Part shown: piece by piece, positions 26,452-36,295 of the stretch | How positions within the stretch are numbered: the first letter of the stretch is position 1 | How the letters are laid out: every line of letters begins with the position of its first letter | From: a bacterium | GTDB lineage: Bacteria > Hinthialibacterota > Hinthialibacteria > Hinthialibacterales > Hinthialibacteraceae | Length of the DNA stretch: 64,000 bases | Assembly (NCBI GenBank): GCA_041946805.1 | Contig: JBHGBC010000002.1 | Span: 101,674-165,673, forward strand | Direction: 5' to 3' | The notes under the pieces: model-generated | What the model saw: the letters and a program-made list of their open reading frames with translations, nothing else | Told to the model about the DNA's origin: nothing | Databases searched by the model: none | Translations under genes and position numbers: made by a program

Positions 26452-27777
26452 TCAGCGTTCCTTGCGGATGCTGAACAGGGTCTTGGTCATGGGCGGCAGC
26501 CGCTTGCCCGGATCGGTTTTGGGCCGCGTATCCAAGACCGGAACCGGCGTGGATTTGGACGTTTCCATCAGGACCAGTTCCTCCATTTCGTGCTGATCGC
26601 CATCGACGGTGTCGCTGAGTCCCTTTTTCGTGTAGGGAAGCGGGGCCTTCAGGGGATTCTTCTGGATATGGACGCTGGGCCGTTCCTCGGCCTTGGCCTT
26701 GGGATATTCCCGCTTTTCCGTCTGGGTCGAGCCGGTGGCCAGGATAGTGACCTTCATCTCTTCCTGCAGGTCGGGATCGATCACTACGCCGAAGATCACG
26801 TTGGCGTCGGCGTCGGCCTTGTCACGCACATGGCGGGTGATCGCCTTGTCGATCTCCAGCAGCTTGATGTCCGGGCCGCAGGTGATGTTGATCAAGATGC
26901 CCTTGGCGCCCTCGATCACCTGTTCCTCCATCAGCGGGCTGCAGGACGCCTGCTTGAAGGCCTCGTCCGCCCGGTCGCCGCCGCGGCCGTAGCCCACGCC
27001 CATGACCGCGCCGCCGGCGGTGTCCATGATCGCCTTGATATCGGCGAAATCGAGATTGATCAGGCCCGGGCGGGTGATCAGGTCGGCGATGGACTGCACA
27101 CATTGCTTGAGCACGCCGTCGGCCACCCGGAACGCCTCGATCAGGGTGGTGTTTTCGTCCACCACGCTGATCAGCCGCTGGTTGGGGATGGTGATGAGCG
27201 TGTCCACCTTCTTGCGGAGAATTTGCTGCCCTTTTTCGGCGTGGTTGCGGCGCACGGAGCCTTCGAAATCGAAGGGCTTGGTGGTGATGGCCACCGACAA
27301 GGCCCCGATTTCCTTCACCACGTCGGCGATGACCGACGAGGCCCCGGTGCCCGTGCCGCCGCCCAGTCCGGCGGTGATGAACACCAGGTCGGCTCCTTCG
27401 AGATTCTGGCGGATCACGTCCCGGTCCTCGTTGGCCGCCTGTTCGCCCAGGACGGGATTCGCGCCCGTGCCCAGCCCCTTGGTCACGCTCCGGCCGATGT
27501 GGATGCGCCGCACGGTCTTGGCCCGCTGGAGGGCCTGCAGGTCGGTGTTGATGATGATGAATTCCACGCCGTCCAAGGCCCCGTCACCCATCGAATCGAC
27601 GGCGTTGCTGCCGCCGCCCCCGACGCCCACCACGGTGATCTTGGGGCCGCCGTTGGCCCCGAAGGTGTCCCGCGTGTGGTCCTCGGCGAATTCGATCGTC
27701 GGCTTGACCTTGGCCGTATGGTACTCCCGGCCTTCCATTTCTCCGTAATTCTGATCCTGGTTGAAGTCGATTCCCAT
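26452..27777 (-). CDS. ftsZ: cell division GTPase FtsZ
   Basis: VGVGGGGSNAV, GLGGGTGTG signature, INLDFAD T7 loop. Confidence 0.97.
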   Translation of the reverse strand: MGIDFNQDQNYGEMEGREYHTAKVKPTIEFAEDHTRDTFGANGGPKITVVGVGGGGSNAVDSMGDGALDGVEFIIINTDLQALQRAKTVRRIHIGRSVTKGLGTGANPVLGEQAANEDRDVIRQNLEGADLVFITAGLGGGTGTGASSVIADVVKEIGALSVAITTKPFDFEGSVRRNHAEKGQQILRKKVDTLITIPNQRLISVVDENTTLIEAFRVADGVLKQCVQSIADLITRPGLINLDFADIKAIMDTAGGAVMGVGYGRGGDRADEAFKQASCSPLMEEQVIEGAKGILINITCGPDIKLLEIDKAITRHVRDKADADANVIFGVVIDPDLQEEMKVTILATGSTQTEKREYPKAKAEERPSVHIQKNPLKAPLPYTKKGLSDTVDGDQHEMEELVLMETSKSTPVPVLDTRPKTDPGKRLPPMTKTLFSIRKER

Positions 27778-27917
27778 CTTCGTGTCCCTCCCGTGGTTTT
27801 ATTCAAACGATGCCTCTTTGCACACCCGTTGGCGGTATCCGGCCCGGTGCGCGCCCTCAGCCCCGGCCGGATTCCAAGACGGCCCGGAATCCGGACCGTC
27901 TTGGAACGCCGTTCCTC

Positions 27918-29159
27918 TCAAAAGGTCTCCTGGAGCCATCGCAGCGCCCGGCGCGCCACGCCCGTCCATCCCGTGCCGTACACGGCGGCCTGCGCGTCCC
28001 GCCGTTCATACCCGTAATGCAACAATCCGATGACCGTGGCGTAGCTGGGACTCGATACGATCTCCTCGTAGCCCGCCACCCCGTTGGGAAATCCGATATG
28101 CGTGTCCCGCTGGAACTGGTCCTGGGTCTTTTCGCGGATGCCCTCCAGCAGCGAGCTGCCGCCGGTCAGCACGATGCCGCCGTACATCACGCCCATCAGG
28201 TCGCGGGAACGCAGGGAGCGGATCACCTCCTCGATGATCTGCTCCACCCGCGCATCGATGATCTCGCACAAGAGCCGCCGTTTCACCGTGATCGTCCGGC
28301 GGTTCTTGAAGCGCACCACTTCCAGCGGTTCCTCGGGATCCACGGCGTCGAGCCAGGTGGAGCCGGAATATTTTTTCAAGGTCTCCGCGTTCTCCAAGGG
28401 GGTTTGGAAGTAATGGTTGATGTCCCGGGTGATGTCCTCGCCGCCGATGCCGATCGTTTCGCTGTGATAGATGCTGCCCTCGTAGAAAACCAGCACCGAG
28501 GTGGTTTCGCCGCCGATGTCCACCAGCGCCACGCCGATGTTCTTTTCATCCTCGGTGAGCACCGAGAGGCTGGAGGCCACCGGCTGATAAGCCAGGTCTT
28601 CCACGGCGAAACCGGCCTTGATCACGCAGCGCCGCAGATTTTTGAGAATCGAAACCCGGCCGATGATCAGGTGCACGTCCACTTCCAGCAGGCTGCCCAC
28701 CATGCCCAGGGGGTCGCGGATGAAGGGCGTTTCGTCCAGCCGGAACCAGCGGGGCATGGGGTGGATGACCTCGAACTCGCTGGGCACGGATTTGCGGATG
28801 GCGGCCTCGATGCACTGGGCGATGTCATCGGCATTCACCGGGCGGCCGTGCTTGGAGAGAATCAGCGATCCGGTGGTGTTTTGGCTCTGGATGAAGGTGC
28901 CCGAAACGGCCGCCACGGCCTTGTGGATCTCCAGGCCGGGGACATGGTTCAAGGCCTTGTGACAGGCGTTGGAGATGGAAGCGACGATCTCTTCCAGGTT
29001 CACGATGCCGGTGGCGGACAGGCCGGAGCAGGGATGCAGCCCGTGACCCAGGATTTCGATCACCCGCCGCTCGTTCCGCCGCGCCACCACCGCGCAGACT
29101 TTCGTCGTGCCGATGTCGATGGCCAACATGTAATCCCGGTCGTACATGCGTTTCCTCAT
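27918..29159 (-). CDS. ftsA: cell division protein FtsA
   Basis: DIGTTKV, DIGGETT, VLTGG, C-terminal amphipathic helix; start overlaps ftsQ stop. Confidence 0.96.
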   Translation of the reverse strand: MRKRMYDRDYMLAIDIGTTKVCAVVARRNERRVIEILGHGLHPCSGLSATGIVNLEEIVASISNACHKALNHVPGLEIHKAVAAVSGTFIQSQNTTGSLILSKHGRPVNADDIAQCIEAAIRKSVPSEFEVIHPMPRWFRLDETPFIRDPLGMVGSLLEVDVHLIIGRVSILKNLRRCVIKAGFAVEDLAYQPVASSLSVLTEDEKNIGVALVDIGGETTSVLVFYEGSIYHSETIGIGGEDITRDINHYFQTPLENAETLKKYSGSTWLDAVDPEEPLEVVRFKNRRTITVKRRLLCEIIDARVEQIIEEVIRSLRSRDLMGVMYGGIVLTGGSSLLEGIREKTQDQFQRDTHIGFPNGVAGYEEIVSSPSYATVIGLLHYGYERRDAQAAVYGTGWTGVARRALRWLQETF

Positions 29160-30067
29160 GGCTCCAGGCGTCCGGATTGGGTGAGATACGTTTTCTCCGA
29201 GCGGTACAGGCGCGCCCACTGTTCCGGCTGCGTGGCATCGCCCCGCACGGCGAATCCTTTATCAGGAAAGCGCGCGTCGACGTATACCGCCCGCAGGTTT
29301 TCTTCCTCCATCATGCGCCAAAACGCGCCTATCTTTTGCGTCAAGTCCGGGGATTGCAGATCGTGCATCACCATCACCCCGATCCGGCGGCGGAGATGCA
29401 GCGTGAAATTGCCGTCCTTCTGGATTTCCATCTCCACGATTTCCCGGAAAAACACGGGAACCTGGTTTTGCAATTGGTCCAAAAATCCCAGTCCCCGGAT
29501 CACCCGGGGCTCTTGGACGCGATCGCCCGCCTTCTCCGGCAGGGGCAAGGCGGTTTCGATGAGTGGATGGGACAACAGCGTCTGGATATCCTCCTCGGCC
29601 GCCGGATTCTCCCCGTCCGGCCCCGCCGGGGGGATCAACGGCGGCAGCACCATGCCGTCCAGATCCAGCCCGTACAGGCCGCCGTCCGCTTTGCGCAGGA
29701 AGAAGGCCACCGGCGCGCGCTCCACGATGCTCAGATGGATCCGCTTGGGCGGAATGCGGCGCACCGCCGCGGTCCGGATGTAGGGATGCGTCTCCAGCCG
29801 CGCTCCCAGCTCTTCCAGGCTGATCAGCCAGATGTTCGTCCCCGGGGGAATGGCGGCCAGCGCGCGGATCTCCTCCCCGGTCACGCGGTGATTCCCCTGG
29901 ATGGTGATTTCCTGGATGGTGAAATCGGGGGAGCGGTAGAACTTCAGGGCCAGGTCCAGGACCAGCAGGATCAGGCCGGCCAGGGAGATGCCCAGGATCA
30001 GCACCCGGCACACGTACTGCACCAGGTACACCAGGGCGTCCACGCCGCGGGAAACGAATCCGCTCAT
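29156..30067 (-). CDS. ftsQ: cell division protein FtsQ/DivIB
   Basis: TM helix, POTRA (I.IQGN, P.I..A.V.R..P, ER.P), YVDARF; between murC and ftsA. Confidence 0.88.
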   Translation of the reverse strand: MSGFVSRGVDALVYLVQYVCRVLILGISLAGLILLVLDLALKFYRSPDFTIQEITIQGNHRVTGEEIRALAAIPPGTNIWLISLEELGARLETHPYIRTAAVRRIPPKRIHLSIVERAPVAFFLRKADGGLYGLDLDGMVLPPLIPPAGPDGENPAAEEDIQTLLSHPLIETALPLPEKAGDRVQEPRVIRGLGFLDQLQNQVPVFFREIVEMEIQKDGNFTLHLRRRIGVMVMHDLQSPDLTQKIGAFWRMMEEENLRAVYVDARFPDKGFAVRGDATQPEQWARLYRSEKTYLTQSGRLEP

Positions 30068-31464
30068 GGTCCGCCTCCCTCCAGGCGCGCGCGGAGTTCC
30101 TCCAGAATCCGCCGGCCCACTTTCCCCACGTCCCCCGCCCCCAGGGTCACGATCAGGTCCCCTGCCCGGGCGTACGACGCCGCCACGCGGGGAATCTCAT
30201 CCAGCGAGGGCACGTAGACCGCCTCGGCGCCGGCGCGCCGGACCGGATCCAGCAGCACCGCGCCGGTCACGCCGGGGATGGGCTTTTCGCGGGCGGGATA
30301 AATATCCGTCAGGATGAGAAGATCCAGCCCGGTGAAGGCCTGGCCGAATTCCTCGAGCAACTTGAGCGTGCGGGAATAGAGGTGCGGCTGGAAAATGCCG
30401 ATGAGGCGGCGGGGGCGGCGGTCAAGCAGGGCCTGGATGGTCGCCTGGATTTCCGTGGGGTGATGGGCGTAGTCGTCGATCACGGTCACGCCCCCGGCCT
30501 CGCCGGTCCTCTCCAGGCGGCGGCGAATGCCCGTAAAGCGGGAGAGGGATTCGGCGGCCTGATCAAACGGAATGCCGGCCAGATGGCTGACGGCCAGGGC
30601 GGCCAGCGCGTTGTGGGCATGCATGCGTCCGCTGACGCGCAGCCGGAGGATCCCGGCCCGTTTCCCATGGATCGAGACCTTGCAACGTCCGCCGTCCGGC
30701 TCGGGCTCATAATCCCCGCCCTGGATGTCCGCCTGGGAAAAGCCGTAACTCAGGCGCTGGATTCCGGGACGGCCCACGAGCCGCCGGCAATGGGCGCAAT
30801 CCACCGAGGCCACGATCCACCCGCCGTCCCGGACGCCGTCCAGGAAGCGGTTGAACCCGGCGATGATCGCGTCCAGGTCCGGATAGAAATCGAGATGGTC
30901 GGCGTCGATGTTGTTGACAACCGCGATTTCGGGCTTGAGATGGACGAACGAACCGTCGCTCTCGTCCCCCTCGGCGATCGCCCATTCGCCCCGCCCCACG
31001 CGGCAATTGCCCCCGATCCGGTCCAGGTCCCCGCCGATAAACGCCGTGGGATCCTTCCCGGCGTCCAGGAAGACCGACACGGTCATCCCCGTGGTGGTGG
31101 TCTTGCCGTGGGCGCCGGTGAACACCGCGGCGCGGTAATCGCGCAGCAGATAGCCCAACATCTTGGCGCGCGGCCAGATGGGAACGCCCCGCGCGCGCGC
31201 CGCCTGGATTTCGGGATTGTCTTCCTTCGCCGCCGAGGTGACAACCAACAGCGAGGCCCCCTCGATGTTCGCGGCTTGGTGATCGTGATAAATAAGGATT
31301 CCCTGCCGCTCGAGGCGTTCGGTCACGGCGTTGCGCGCCGGATCCGAGCCGGTCACGGTAAACCCCCGGCGGCGCAGGAGCGGCGCCAGCGCGCTCACTC
31401 CGATGCCCCCGATACCCACCAGGTGGATATGGGTGATCCCCGGCAGGGATTCCTGGTTCGGCAT
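30064..31464 (-). CDS. murC: UDP-N-acetylmuramate--L-alanine ligase
   Basis: GIGGIG.S, GAHGKTTTT, E.DESD, DDYAHHPTE, FQPH.YSRT. Confidence 0.96.
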   Translation of the reverse strand: MPNQESLPGITHIHLVGIGGIGVSALAPLLRRRGFTVTGSDPARNAVTERLERQGILIYHDHQAANIEGASLLVVTSAAKEDNPEIQAARARGVPIWPRAKMLGYLLRDYRAAVFTGAHGKTTTTGMTVSVFLDAGKDPTAFIGGDLDRIGGNCRVGRGEWAIAEGDESDGSFVHLKPEIAVVNNIDADHLDFYPDLDAIIAGFNRFLDGVRDGGWIVASVDCAHCRRLVGRPGIQRLSYGFSQADIQGGDYEPEPDGGRCKVSIHGKRAGILRLRVSGRMHAHNALAALAVSHLAGIPFDQAAESLSRFTGIRRRLERTGEAGGVTVIDDYAHHPTEIQATIQALLDRRPRRLIGIFQPHLYSRTLKLLEEFGQAFTGLDLLILTDIYPAREKPIPGVTGAVLLDPVRRAGAEAVYVPSLDEIPRVAASYARAGDLIVTLGAGDVGKVGRRILEELRARLEGGGP

Positions 31465-31471
31465 GGTTCCC

Positions 31472-32587
31472 TCAACCCTTCAACAATTCAAGCAGATCGT
31501 TCGCGATGACATCCGCCGCGTCACGGCGCGCCAAGGCGGCCGCCCGCCGGCCCATTTCCCTCCGCGTTTCGGCCTGTCCCAGAAGATCCGCCAAGGCGGC
31601 GGCGAGTCCTTCCGGCGTCAGGTCTTTCTCCTCCATCACGCGGGCCGCGCCCGCGTCCTGAAACGCTCTCGCGTTCACGTATTGATGATTCCCGCTGGCG
31701 TACGGATACGGCACGAGAATCGCGGGCAAACCCCACAGGGCGATCTCCGACAGCGAGCCCGATCCCGCACGGCTCACCATCACGTCCGCGTCCCGGTACG
31801 CCGCCGCCATGTCGTGGATAAACGGCACGAGTTCCACGGCGGCGGGACAGAGCCGCGTCCGCGCCCAGTCGTAATTCCGTTCCCCGGTCTGCACCACCGC
31901 CCGGAACGCGGCGCCCCGGGCGGCCAGGCGGTGGAACGCCTCCAGGCTGATCTCCACCAGCCGCCGGGCTCCCTGGCTGCCCCCGGTGACCAGCACCCCG
32001 GGAACCGCCTTCGTGGAACCGGACACGGCCCGGTCCCGTTCCTCGATCAATTCCCGGCGCAGGGGAAACCCGGTCACCTGGCAGGGTAGGGTCTTCCAAA
32101 AGTCCCGCGTGGCGGGATACGTCACATACACCCGGCCGCACCAGCGCGCCATGATCCGGTTCACGGCGCCGGGCCGCACGTTCTGCTCGTGCAAGGTCAG
32201 TTTCCATCCCCGCCACCGGCCCGCGAGCAGGGCGGGAGCGGAAACGTACCCGCCCACGCCGAAAATCACGCCGGGCCGGAGAGGCTTCATCCACCGGCCG
32301 CATTGCCAGGCCGCGGCGGCGGCCCGCCACAAGGCGCGGGCGTTGGTCCAGGTCAGCCGCCGGCGCATCCCCTCCACCCTGAAGCCATGAAAGGGGATAC
32401 CGCGTTTTTCGACTTCCTCCCGGTCCCGGGGGGCCTCCTTCCCGAGGTAAGCCAGCCGGACATCCGGGTCCGCGGCGCGCAGGGCTTCGGCCACCGCCAA
32501 CGCCGGATACAAATGCCCTCCCGTTCCCCCGCCGGTCAGGATGATCGTCCCGGTACGGCCTTCTTCCGTTGTCCGGCTCGCGTTCAC
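31472..32587 (-). CDS. murG: undecaprenyldiphospho-muramoylpentapeptide GlcNAc transferase
   Basis: GGGTGGH.YP, GGYVS.P, HEQN, GGSQGA, HQ..NA. Confidence 0.96.
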   Translation of the reverse strand: MNASRTTEEGRTGTIILTGGGTGGHLYPALAVAEALRAADPDVRLAYLGKEAPRDREEVEKRGIPFHGFRVEGMRRRLTWTNARALWRAAAAAWQCGRWMKPLRPGVIFGVGGYVSAPALLAGRWRGWKLTLHEQNVRPGAVNRIMARWCGRVYVTYPATRDFWKTLPCQVTGFPLRRELIEERDRAVSGSTKAVPGVLVTGGSQGARRLVEISLEAFHRLAARGAAFRAVVQTGERNYDWARTRLCPAAVELVPFIHDMAAAYRDADVMVSRAGSGSLSEIALWGLPAILVPYPYASGNHQYVNARAFQDAGAARVMEEKDLTPEGLAAALADLLGQAETRREMGRRAAALARRDAADVIANDLLELLKG

Positions 32588-32630
32588 CCCGTCCGCCCTT
32601 TCCGTCTTCCGCTTTCTGAGGCCGGCCCGG

Positions 32631-33752
32631 TCATCCCCGGGACCGGACCTGGTTGGCGTCGAAGGTCTCCTTGGCGACGCTCATCAACAATCCGATCATC
32701 GCCATGCTGACGCACAACGACGATCCGCCGTACGAGATGAACGGCAGCGAAATCCCCGTGGTAGGCAGGCAGCCGGTTACCACGGCGATATTGATGGCGG
32801 ACTGCATCCCCAGCGCGGCGGTGCATCCCGTGGCCAGCAGGCGGCCGAAGGGATTCTGGCACCGCAGCGCGATCGTGAAGCCCAGCCATACGATGGCGAG
32901 AAAGATCAGCAGCACCAGCGAGCACTTCACGAATCCCAGTTCCTCGCCCATGGCCGCGAAAATGAAGTCCGTGTGCACGAAGGGGATGAAACCCAGGGTT
33001 TGCTGCCCTTCACCCAGTCCCACGCCCCACATCCCCCCGTGGGCGAATCCGATCTCGGCTTGCTCGACGTGAAACGATTTGTCCTTGTAGGCGCCGGGCT
33101 GGAAAAAGGCGTAAATCCGCTCCAACAGATACGGCTTTTGATAGAGGGCGACCAGCACCGCCACGCACAACGCCGCGAAAAAGGGAATCACGTGCCGTAT
33201 CCGGCCGCCGGCCACATACCAGATCGACACGGAGAGCACGCCGATGAACAGCGTGGCGCTGTGGCTCGGTTCCAGCAGGATCAACCCCAGCGCCGTCACG
33301 ACCAGCGACATGGGAAACATCACGCCCTTGAAGAACGAGCCCAACCGCTCGTAACGGCCCGCCCATACCGACGAGAGATACAGGATGACCGCCAGTTTCG
33401 TGAACTCCGACGGTTGGAACTGCAAACCGAACACTACGATCCACCGCCGCGCGCCGTTCACCTTCGGCCCGAAAAACAGAACAAAAACCAACAGGCCGAT
33501 CGCCAGCACCATGAGGGCCCGCGACCACCGGTCCCAGCGGTTGTAATCCCGCGTGCTGCAGAATCCGAGGCAGGCCAGGCCGAGACTGAACGAGATCAGC
33601 TGCTTGCCCATGTACTGATACATGTTCCGGTCGGGATTCGCGGACGAAAACACGAACTGGCTGGCGCTGAGCACCATGATGATTCCCAGCATCACCAGTC
33701 CCAGGGTCAGCACGAACAAGGCGCCCACGACAAAAGGGCCGGTGCGGATCAT
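32631..33752 (-). CDS. ftsW: SEDS peptidoglycan polymerase FtsW
   Basis: NGARRWI, FQPSEF.K, HTDFIF, P.TGI.LPFISYGGSS. Confidence 0.95.
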   Translation of the reverse strand: MIRTGPFVVGALFVLTLGLVMLGIIMVLSASQFVFSSANPDRNMYQYMGKQLISFSLGLACLGFCSTRDYNRWDRWSRALMVLAIGLLVFVLFFGPKVNGARRWIVVFGLQFQPSEFTKLAVILYLSSVWAGRYERLGSFFKGVMFPMSLVVTALGLILLEPSHSATLFIGVLSVSIWYVAGGRIRHVIPFFAALCVAVLVALYQKPYLLERIYAFFQPGAYKDKSFHVEQAEIGFAHGGMWGVGLGEGQQTLGFIPFVHTDFIFAAMGEELGFVKCSLVLLIFLAIVWLGFTIALRCQNPFGRLLATGCTAALGMQSAINIAVVTGCLPTTGISLPFISYGGSSLCVSMAMIGLLMSVAKETFDANQVRSRG

Positions 33753-35176
33753 GAATTCCACTCCTCCACCGCGCGCTTGAACCGGTCGCCGCGGTCCGCG
33801 TAGTTCTTGAACATGTCCCAACTGGCGCAGGCGGGGGAAAGGAGCAGAATCTCACCCGCCGCGCCGTCCCGCAGGGCGTGGTCCACCGCCGCCTCGAGGG
33901 TGGCTTCCAGGTGGACCGCGGTTAGAGGCCGCCAGGCGCGCGCGAAGGTTTCCGCCGCCTCGCCGATCAGGTAAATAGCGCGGACTTTATCGCGGATCAG
34001 CGGCGTGAGGGGATCCAGGCTGTCGCCCTTGGCCTGTCCGCCGGCGATCAGCCGGACGGGCCCGGGCAGCGATTTCAAGGCGGCTTCCACCGCGTGCACG
34101 TTGGTGGCCTTGGAATCGTTGTAGCAGCGGATCCCCTTTACGTCCTTGACGAACTCCAACCGGTGCGGCAACGCTTGAAACGATTCTATGGCGTGCAACG
34201 CCTCAGCCAGGGGGATGCCATACGACACCGACGCGCCGGCGGCCGCCAGCGCGTTCAATCCCTGCTGAGCCGGATAATTGGCGAAAGAGGGCCACGAGTG
34301 GCTCTCTTCCCTCGAACCGTCCCGGTACACCACGGATCCGTTCTGGTACAAGAGTCCCTGGGATTCCAACGAATCCACGGCAAAGGACATCTTTTGGGAA
34401 CGGACCCACCGGGGACAGTTCCCCTCAACCATGGGGCCCAACCACAGTGCCTCATCCGGCGCCTGATTGATACACATCCGGAACTTCGTTTCGTAGTACT
34501 CGCGGACGGAGTTGTACCGGTCCAGGTGGTCGGGAGCGAGGTTCGTGACCACCGCCACCGCCGGCCGGAAATACTCCATCGTCTCGCACTGGTAACTGCT
34601 CACTTCCATGACCAACGGCGCGCCGCCGGTCCGCCGTCCTTCCGCCGCCACCCGCGACACGGGGTAGCCCACATTCCCCACCGCCTCGGCGGGAATGCCC
34701 TGGCGGTTGAGAATATGCCGGATCATGTGCGTCACGGTGGTCTTGCCGTTGGTTCCCGTCACCGCCAGGATGGCGCGCTGGAGAAACCGGCAGGCCAACT
34801 CCAACTCGCCCAGGAGCGGGATGCGCGCCTGCCGCAGCCAGGTAAAAAACGGTCCGAACGGCGGCACGCCCGGGCTGACGACGCAAAAGTCGAGCTTCTC
34901 CACCGGCTCCAACCGGCCGCTCAGCAGCTTCACGCCGCGCGGCTCCCATTCCGCCCGCAGCGCCTCGATCTTCTTGGCGTCGCTGTCGTACACGGTCACC
35001 ACGGCCTTTTCCCGGCACAGCAAATCGGCGGCTCCCTGGCCGCTCTCGCCCATGCCCACGACCAGGACGTTCAGCCCGGCCAGATCGGGGCGGGGAGGGG
35101 CCAGGCGCGGCCGGATCGGCGAATCGGCCGCTTTCCAGAACCCGGGATCTATGGTATCCAAGCCGCCTGGTTCCAT
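33749..35176 (-). CDS. murD: UDP-MurNAc-L-Ala--D-glutamate ligase
   Basis: SPGVP, TGTNGKTT, EVSSYQ, DHLDR, NDSKATN, LLSPACASWD. Confidence 0.96.
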   Translation of the reverse strand: MEPGGLDTIDPGFWKAADSPIRPRLAPPRPDLAGLNVLVVGMGESGQGAADLLCREKAVVTVYDSDAKKIEALRAEWEPRGVKLLSGRLEPVEKLDFCVVSPGVPPFGPFFTWLRQARIPLLGELELACRFLQRAILAVTGTNGKTTVTHMIRHILNRQGIPAEAVGNVGYPVSRVAAEGRRTGGAPLVMEVSSYQCETMEYFRPAVAVVTNLAPDHLDRYNSVREYYETKFRMCINQAPDEALWLGPMVEGNCPRWVRSQKMSFAVDSLESQGLLYQNGSVVYRDGSREESHSWPSFANYPAQQGLNALAAAGASVSYGIPLAEALHAIESFQALPHRLEFVKDVKGIRCYNDSKATNVHAVEAALKSLPGPVRLIAGGQAKGDSLDPLTPLIRDKVRAIYLIGEAAETFARAWRPLTAVHLEATLEAAVDHALRDGAAGEILLLSPACASWDMFKNYADRGDRFKRAVEEWNS

Positions 35177-35179
35177 GGA

Positions 35180-36295
35180 TTACCGCACTTTCAACGTGGC
35201 CAGCCCCAGAAAGGCGAAGACCGCCGCCAGAATCCAGAAGCGGACCACGATGGTGGTCTCGGACCACCCTTTCATTTCAAAGTGATGATGCAACGGGGCC
35301 ATCAAAAACACCCGCTTTTTGTTGCGATATTTGTACGACGCCACCTGCAGGATCACCGACACCGCTTCCAGCACGAAGACGCCGCCGATGATGAACAGCA
35401 ATAGTTCCTGCTTGATGAAAACCGCCAGGGTCCCCAGCGCTCCCCCCAGCGCCAACGACCCCGTGTCCCCCATGAATATCATCGCTGGGTGGGCGTTGTA
35501 CCACAGGAAGGCCATCGCCGCCCCGGCCAGGGCCATGGCGAACACCGCCAGCTCGCCGCTGTGGGGCACGTGCAGAATACCCAGGTAGTTGCTGTAATCG
35601 ACCCGGCCGACGATGTAGGCCAGCGCCGCGAAGGCCAAGGAGGCGATGATCACGCAGCCGCTCGCCAAGCCGTCCAGGCCGTCCGTGAGGTTCACCGCGT
35701 TGCTCGATCCGGTGATGACCAAGGCCACAAAGGGGATGTAGAAAATCCCCAGCGGGATGAAAGCGTTCTTGAAGAATGGCAATGGCAGATCGAATGGCCG
35801 GTCGGGGATCAACGGGTGGAGAAAATACAGGGAGAAGCCCACCGCCAGCCCGATGGAGAACTGCACGAACAGCTTTTGCCGGGCCTTCACGCCCAAGTAT
35901 TTTTTCTCCGTCAGTTTGGTGTAATCGTCCAGGAAACCCAGCGCCCCCAGCGACAAGGTCCCCACCAGGCTGGCCAAAACCAGGGGATTGGTCAGGTTGC
36001 CCCAGATCAAGATGGAGATGGTCACCGCGGCCAGAATCAGCGTGCCGCCCATGGTCGGCGTCCCGGATTTGTCCTTGTGACGTTCATACAGCGCCTTGAC
36101 TCCCTCGCCCCGGATGGTCTGTCCGATTTTCATCCGCGTCAGCCATTGGATGAAATAGGGACCGATCAACACGCCGATGACCATGGCGGTCACCGCGGCC
36201 ATCGCCGAGCGGAACGAGATGTAGCCCAGCACGTTGAGCACGCCCAAAAGGTCCGGATACGTCCGTGAGAGAGGGAAGAGGAACATCAGCGCCAT
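35180..36295 (-). CDS. mraY: phospho-MurNAc-pentapeptide transferase
   Basis: K.GTPTMGG, GFLDD, NAVNLTDGLDGLA, FMGDTGS, APLHHHFE. Confidence 0.97.
   Translation of the reverse strand: MALMFLFPLSRTYPDLLGVLNVLGYISFRSAMAAVTAMVIGVLIGPYFIQWLTRMKIGQTIRGEGVKALYERHKDKSGTPTMGGTLILAAVTISILIWGNLTNPLVLASLVGTLSLGALGFLDDYTKLTEKKYLGVKARQKLFVQFSIGLAVGFSLYFLHPLIPDRPFDLPLPFFKNAFIPLGIFYIPFVALVITGSSNAVNLTDGLDGLASGCVIIASLAFAALAYIVGRVDYSNYLGILHVPHSGELAVFAMALAGAAMAFLWYNAHPAMIFMGDTGSLALGGALGTLAVFIKQELLLFIIGGVFVLEAVSVILQVASYKYRNKKRVFLMAPLHHHFEMKGWSETTIVVRFWILAAVFAFLGLATLKVR

Noticed and set aside
26329..30217. Long plus-strand ORFs (562, 657 and 346 aa)
   Set aside because: Antisense shadows of ftsZ, ftsA and ftsQ
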